Origin: Trichormus sp. ATA11-4-KO1
GTDB taxonomy: Bacteria; Cyanobacteriota; Cyanobacteriia; Cyanobacteriales; Nostocaceae
Direction: 5' to 3'
Length of the DNA stretch: 64,000 bases
Assembly (NCBI GenBank): GCA_019358915.1
Contig: JAHHIM010000001.1
Location: forward strand, 224,001 to 288,000
Position 1 is the stretch's first letter. Each line of letters starts with the position of its first letter. This document shows, piece after piece, positions 60,637-64,000 of the stretch. A program made the translations under genes and the position numbers. Under the pieces are notes generated by a model, which ran no database searches, was not told the DNA's origin, and saw only the letters and a program-made list of their open reading frames with translations.

Positions 60637-61185
60637 TTAGACTGTTGAAATGTCTTTTTCTTTTTCAACCAACAATTCATCTATTTTGGCAGTGTACTTA
60701 TTGGTCAGTTTTTGCAGTTTATCTTGTTGGTCTTTTGATTCATCTTCCGAGATTTCCGAAGCTTTCTCCTCCTTGCGAATGGAGTCTAGGGCATCACGGC
60801 GGATGTTGCGAATGGCTACGCGACCTTCTTCAGCATACTTAGCAGCGATTTTGACTAATTCTTTCCGGCGATCGCTTGTCAAAGGCGGAATGTTCAACCG
60901 AATTACAGAACCGTCGTTACTAGGTGTTAAACCTACATCAGAGAGGGAAATTGCCTTCTCAACGATGTTTAAGCTGCCTTTATCGTAAGGCTGAATCAAT
61001 ATTGTCGTGGCATCCGGCGTGCTAATATTCGCCAGCGATTTCAACGGTGTGGGTGAACCATAGTAGTCCACCAAGACTTTATCTAGCAAACTCGCATTGG
61101 CGCGACCAGTGCGAATTGTGTTAAAAGCCCGTAGAGTTGCCTCAACGGTCTTTTGCATCGTACTCTCAGCTTCAGCTAATTTCAC
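60637..61185 (-). CDS. frr: Ribosome recycling factor
   Basis: IRTGRAN...VDYYG...[12 protein letters not shown]; the GTG start overlaps the pyrH end. Confidence 0.96.
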   Translation of the reverse strand: MKLAEAESTMQKTVEATLRAFNTIRTGRANASLLDKVLVDYYGSPTPLKSLANISTPDATTILIQPYDKGSLNIVEKAISLSDVGLTPSNDGSVIRLNIPPLTSDRRKELVKIAAKYAEEGRVAIRNIRRDALDSIRKEEKASEISEDESKDQQDKLQKLTNKYTAKIDELLVEKEKDISTV

Positions 61186-61900
61186 AAGAACCTCCCACAA
61201 GGGTGCCGATTGATTCTCCCAAGACTGCCCGGCGGACGTTACCGCTCACAGTTAAATCAAAAACCAGAATTGGGATATTATTTTCTTTACACAAGGCAAT
61301 CGCTGTACTATCCATTACCCGCAAATCTTTAGCCAAAACGTGCGCGTATGTCAGACTGGTGTAACGCTTGGCGTCAGGATAAACATGGGGGTCAGCATCG
61401 TACACTCCGTCTACCTTGGTGGCTTTAAAAATCACTTCGGCATCAATTTCTGCGGCTCTTAATGCCGCAGTGGTATCAGTGGTAAAAAAGGGATTTCCCG
61501 AACCAGCACCAAAAATTACCACCCGCCCTTTTTCAAGATGACGGATGGCGCGACGACGGATATACGGTTCCGCTAATTCTTGCATAGCGATCGCGGTTTG
61601 TACCCGCGTCTGTACCCCTATTCGTTCTAGCGAATCTTGTAGCGTCATGGCATTCATTACCGTGGCAATCATCCCTATGTAGTCAGCGGTTGCCCTGTCC
61701 ATCCCCGCCGACGCCGCTTTGACGCCACGAAAAATATTGCCGCCGCCAACGACGATGGCGATTTGAACGCCAGTGGCTACTACCTCTGCTACTTCCTGGG
61801 CTATTTCTTTGACCACTTCTGGATCAATGCCATAGCCCATGTTGCCCATTAAGGCTTCACCGCTTAGTTTAAGTAAAACCCGTCGGTAATTCGTTCCCAT
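61172..61900 (-). CDS. pyrH: UMP kinase
   Basis: [20 protein letters not shown] and GNPFFTTDT. Confidence 0.97.
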   Translation of the reverse strand: MGTNYRRVLLKLSGEALMGNMGYGIDPEVVKEIAQEVAEVVATGVQIAIVVGGGNIFRGVKAASAGMDRATADYIGMIATVMNAMTLQDSLERIGVQTRVQTAIAMQELAEPYIRRRAIRHLEKGRVVIFGAGSGNPFFTTDTTAALRAAEIDAEVIFKATKVDGVYDADPHVYPDAKRYTSLTYAHVLAKDLRVMDSTAIALCKENNIPILVFDLTVSGNVRRAVLGESIGTLVGGSCEIS

Positions 61901-61970
61901 GAAGTTACGCTTTATCAAAAAAGTTGCAATTGCCTCCAATTTAAGATAGCAGTACAGTGACTATCTATGT

Positions 61971-62525
61971 CTAGTTACGCCAAATCAATGCCGTACCTAT
62001 CGGTTTTGTTTCCGGTAGACTAATTGCTTGGCCTTTAAACAAAGAGGCGATCGCATTTCTGAGATAATCTTCTCCCAGAGATAATGGATCTTGGGGATGA
62101 CTGTCAATTTGACCTTTGTAGCGCAATATACCATGACAATCTACTAAAAAAGCCATTGGCGTTTTACTAGCACCAAAGCTACGAGTTACATCTTGAGTTG
62201 AATCCCACAGATAAGGGAAATTCAACTGGTGGCGTTGGGCAAAAGCTTTCATCTTATCAAAGCTTTCGGTCAGGTGCTGCGTAGCACTACTACCATTCAT
62301 GCCAATCAGTGTAAAGCCGTCTTTGGCAAATTCCGCTTGAATATTTTTTAGCCTGTCTAAATACAAGCTGACATAAGGACAGTGGTTGCACATAGAAATG
62401 ACGCCAACTGCACGGAATTTCTCTAAATAACGGCTGAGATGGTGTACTTGATTGTCAATTCCTGGTAGCTCAAAATCTGGTGCGTAGCTACCTACAGGGG
62501 TGTCAATTGTTTCTAGTATATTCAT
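61971..62525 (-). CDS. Thioredoxin-fold / AhpC-TSA family protein
   Basis: APDFELPG, CNHCPYV and FPYLWD. Confidence 0.88.
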   Translation of the reverse strand: MNILETIDTPVGSYAPDFELPGIDNQVHHLSRYLEKFRAVGVISMCNHCPYVSLYLDRLKNIQAEFAKDGFTLIGMNGSSATQHLTESFDKMKAFAQRHQLNFPYLWDSTQDVTRSFGASKTPMAFLVDCHGILRYKGQIDSHPQDPLSLGEDYLRNAIASLFKGQAISLPETKPIGTALIWRN

Positions 62526-63091
62526 CTTCTATAGCCGGAAGGAACTAAAAACAAAAAAGTCTAGGTAAAATTCAGTATCACTTTTTTGCGTGCAAACCAC
62601 TTTTTAGCCAATGCTTGATATCTCACAATTTTATAAACCAATTCGGTTGCCGTAAATTGTGAAACTACTGAATCTACCACCGAAGATAATTTAATTACAT
62701 TAAACTTAATACTATGGTGATTTTTACAGATACGCCACAATCTATTGGATGACATAAGATATTTTCCAGATAGATATATGTTAAGTTGAGCCTTCATACT
62801 TTTGACATAAATAAATCGGCGGGAATAAATCAAACTATGTTAAGTAATGTAAATTACAATTTAGCTCGTAGTAAGCGGCTCTAGCCCTTATTTGAGGACT
62901 AAAGTCCTCTCTGCGAGACGCTACGCTCATAGCCCGTGCTGAGTCAGGAAAGTCAAAATGTAAAGTATCATAAACAATGAGAATACGAAAGTTTAAAAAA
63001 GAAATCATAAAAAGTAAGTACCTATACATAAACATTTAGCTATTTTTTAACACAACTGAAATCGCTGTATTCCCACACTGTGCCCTTTCTT

Positions 63092-63988
63092 ATGACAACT
63101 TCTACAAACACATTTACCTCAACAAAAACTTGGATTTGGCGAAATTTCTCTATTTGCTATCAGAGCCAAGGTACTCATGGCCCTGCTGTGGTTCTAGTAC
63201 ATGGCTTTGGAGCCTCGTGGTGGCATTGGCGGAAAAATATCCCCGTGCTAGCAGAAAATTGCCGTGTTTATGCTATTGATTTGATTGGTTTTGGCGCTTC
63301 AGCTAAACCTGAACCGGGGAAACAAATTGCCTATACACTAGAAAATTGGGGACAGCAATTAGCAGATTTTTGCCGCGAAATTGTGGGTGAGCCTGCTTTT
63401 TTAGTAGGAAATTCTATTGGCTGTATTGTGGTATTGCAAGCAGCCGTGAGCAACCCGGATATAGCTTTGGGAGTAGCTTTAATTAACTGTTCCTTAAGGT
63501 TATTACACGATCGCAAGCGGGTAACACTCCCCTGGTTTCGTCGCTTTGGTGCGCCGATTCTCCAGAGAATATTATCTATCAAACCAGTTGGTCAGTTTTT
63601 CTTCAATCAAGTCGCTAAACCGAAAACCATCAGAAAAATTTTGCTTCAAGCCTACGCTAATGCAGATATAGTGACGGACGAGTTGGTTGATATTCTCACT
63701 GCACCTGCAAAAGACCCAGGCGCTGTAGCTGTGTTTTTGGCTTTTACTGCTTATTCTACAGGGCCCCTTCCAGAAGATTTGTTGCCTGAGCTACCTTGTC
63801 CTGCAATTATCTTATGGGGAACAGCTGATCCCTGGGAACCAGTAGACTTAGGTAGAGAGTTAGCTAATTATTCACAAGTGCTAAAGTTTATTGCCTTAGA
63901 AGGCGTGGGACATTGCCCTCAGGATGAAGCACCGGAGTTAGTCAATCCGATTTTACAGGATTGGATTTGCGAGCGATCGCCTGTATGA
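63092..63988 (+). CDS. Alpha/beta-fold hydrolase
   Basis: HGFGAS, DLIGFG, GNSIG nucleophile elbow and GHCPQDE. Confidence 0.9.
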   Translation: MTTSTNTFTSTKTWIWRNFSICYQSQGTHGPAVVLVHGFGASWWHWRKNIPVLAENCRVYAIDLIGFGASAKPEPGKQIAYTLENWGQQLADFCREIVGEPAFLVGNSIGCIVVLQAAVSNPDIALGVALINCSLRLLHDRKRVTLPWFRRFGAPILQRILSIKPVGQFFFNQVAKPKTIRKILLQAYANADIVTDELVDILTAPAKDPGAVAVFLAFTAYSTGPLPEDLLPELPCPAIILWGTADPWEPVDLGRELANYSQVLKFIALEGVGHCPQDEAPELVNPILQDWICERSPV

Positions 63989-64000
63989 AACTTTGTTAGA

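Noticed and set aside
2479..63582. Many short antisense or alternative-frame ORFs inside large genes
   Set aside because: Shadow ORFs of well-supported CDS with no independent coding signal

Overview
This is mostly core chromosome of a filamentous cyanobacterium, most likely Nostocales. That assignment is inferred from frequent HIP1 GCGATCGC octamers, heptamer tandem repeats (STRR-type) and genes such as raf1, chlB, ndhS, psb29 and vipp1. About 55 housekeeping or conserved CDS are present; I saw no rRNA, tRNA or CRISPR array. The accessory signal is of three kinds. (1) The left edge (1-2212) looks like the border of a DNA-phosphorothioation (dnd)-type island. It holds a DGQHR/DndB-family gene missed by the ORF track, a multi-hairpin leader with alternative pairings and direct repeats, dnd-associated protein 4, and two truncated gene remnants. 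(2) There is a layered set of very small mobile repeats: four kinds of MITE-like element (three with visible 8-10 bp target duplications), 21-24 nt dispersed elements inserted into a HIP1 site, into heptamer arrays and into each other, and in-frame repeat-derived insertions in UvrC, an aminotransferase and a UvrD-like helicase. (3) There are several unannotated small ORFs (44 and 59 aa) and scattered intact or decayed PD-(D/E)XK-type genes (Uma2, Rpn, DUF4351). All family calls come from motif recognition by eye; no database search was run.
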